Below, piece by piece: positions 62,856-64,000 of a DNA stretch of 64,000 bases. This DNA is from Curvularia clavata. Its lineage: Eukaryota. The DNA lies in contig CP089281.1 of NCBI GenBank assembly GCA_023920165.1, forward strand, positions 1,240,001 to 1,304,000, written 5' to 3'. Below the pieces are notes generated by a model. That model saw nothing but the letters and a program-made list of their open reading frames with translations, made no database searches and was not told the origin of the DNA. Numbering within the stretch: the stretch's first letter is position 1; each line of letters begins with the position of its first letter. The translations under genes and the position numbers were made by a program.

Positions 62856-63837
62856 TCACATAACCGGCCTATTCGCCTCATCATCACTATCATCATCATA
62901 CGCAATAAACTCTCTCCTGCCGCCCCTCGAGCTCGCAAAATACCGTGTTGGCGCTTCTTCGTACGCGCGCAGCTTCTTCTCCGCACCAGGACTGCAGCAC
63001 ATGGCGTCTTGAGGGTAAGAATGCGCGTTGGGGATAGCGAGAAGGCGCTGTTCGGAGCCGGTGAGGCGCAGGCTTTTGGCTGGGAGGGAATCGGATGACG
63101 TGTTGGGCGATGTGTAGTTTTGGATACTAGTGAGGTCGTTAGCATTGCTCTTTACTTTTCTTTACTTTTCTTTTCTTTTCTTTTCTTCTTCTTTGGTTGG
63201 TTGGGGGGAAAAAGGAGAGGGAAAGGGAAAAAAAAACGTACTAAGTCTTCAACAGGTGGATTCCTTCGACTACGCAGGCGAGAATGGAAAAGAGGACAAT
63301 GAGTTGCAGTGCGCAGAGCGCCAGGGGTGAGGAATGGAAGTCGCCGAGTGAATTGGCTGATTGCGATGATGATCTCGGTGTCGAGAAACAGACTATCCTG
63401 CTCTTTCCCTCTTTGGGCTCTGTCTCGCTGGAGTCTTCGGGCGAATAGTCGTGCATAGCTTCTTGGTTACCGCTCAGGAGGACGGATGTTGGAATGGGTT
63501 TTTGATCCAGGGAGTTGCTGCTAGCGGGCGAGGGACTGGCGCCGCGCATGTACAGGTCGTATAGTTCGGGGTCTGTGGTCCGGAATTTCTCGAGTTGCGA
63601 ACCTAGGCTGGTGCAGATGTCGTTGATGATGGGAGAGCTGGGTTCATCTGATGAGGGGTTGGCGGGTGTCCAGTGGGCGGCTGAGGGCGTGTATGACGCC
63701 GCTGGTGGTGAGGAGATGGAGTCGGTGTTTGAGACGATTTTACATTGGCAGTGGGTGCGGGTGGGTACTGCGAGGGTTGATGAGGTGAAGAGGACCAGTG
63801 TGGTGAGGATGTTGGCAGAGAGTGTTGTGGACAACAT
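62856..63837 (-). CDS. Uncharacterised type I membrane protein
   Basis: Signal peptide MLSTTLSANILTTLVLFTSSTLA, CQC motif, S/P-rich ectodomain, TM segment LALCALQLIVLFSILACVV. Intron 63127-63241 (GTACGT..CTAAC..TAG) adds a cytoplasmic exon ending DDDSDDEANRPVM. Confidence 0.75.
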
Positions 63838-64000
63838 GGTTGTGGTAGTCGGAGTGAATTGCACCAAGTGGAAGGCTGCAAGGCGGCAAAGGTGTTGTAT
63901 TTCACTGCGGCGTAAAATTGTCAGCCTAAATTTCTACGCCGTAAGGGAGAAAAAAAAGCCGTTGAATACGACGTACCCAGTTGACCCTCCCGAGAGGGGC

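Overview
Gene-dense eukaryotic DNA from a filamentous ascomycete (short GT..AG introns with CTRAY branch points; gene style suggests Dothideomycetes/Pleosporales, which is inference). About 26 protein-coding genes are supported: Raptor/KOG1 3' end, DPS1, RRP40, SSZ1, two F-box proteins, a secreted lactonase, a CECR5-like HAD hydrolase, a HET-domain protein, a Cys-rich membrane protein, a Swc3-like protein, an ABHD12-like hydrolase, mitochondrial EF-G, a SAD-1-like RdRP, ELP6, a Baeyer-Villiger-type monooxygenase, a long coiled-coil protein, DLD1, HOM2, RPS4, palI, a Zn2Cys6 factor and several unknowns. The main discovery is absent from the ORF track: a 59-aa ORF at 13469-13648 (+), MKMAGIKPVPR(RGSSPGPGC[T/V]VS)x4. 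It has four tandem CaaX-terminated units that differ almost only by synonymous changes. It is preceded by a TATA/CT box and clustered HMG-box (AACAAT) sites, followed by a strongly base-paired 3' region, and lies just upstream of a HET gene. It looks like an unannotated multi-copy lipopeptide (a-factor/h-type) pheromone precursor. All family calls come from motif recognition by eye; no database search was run.
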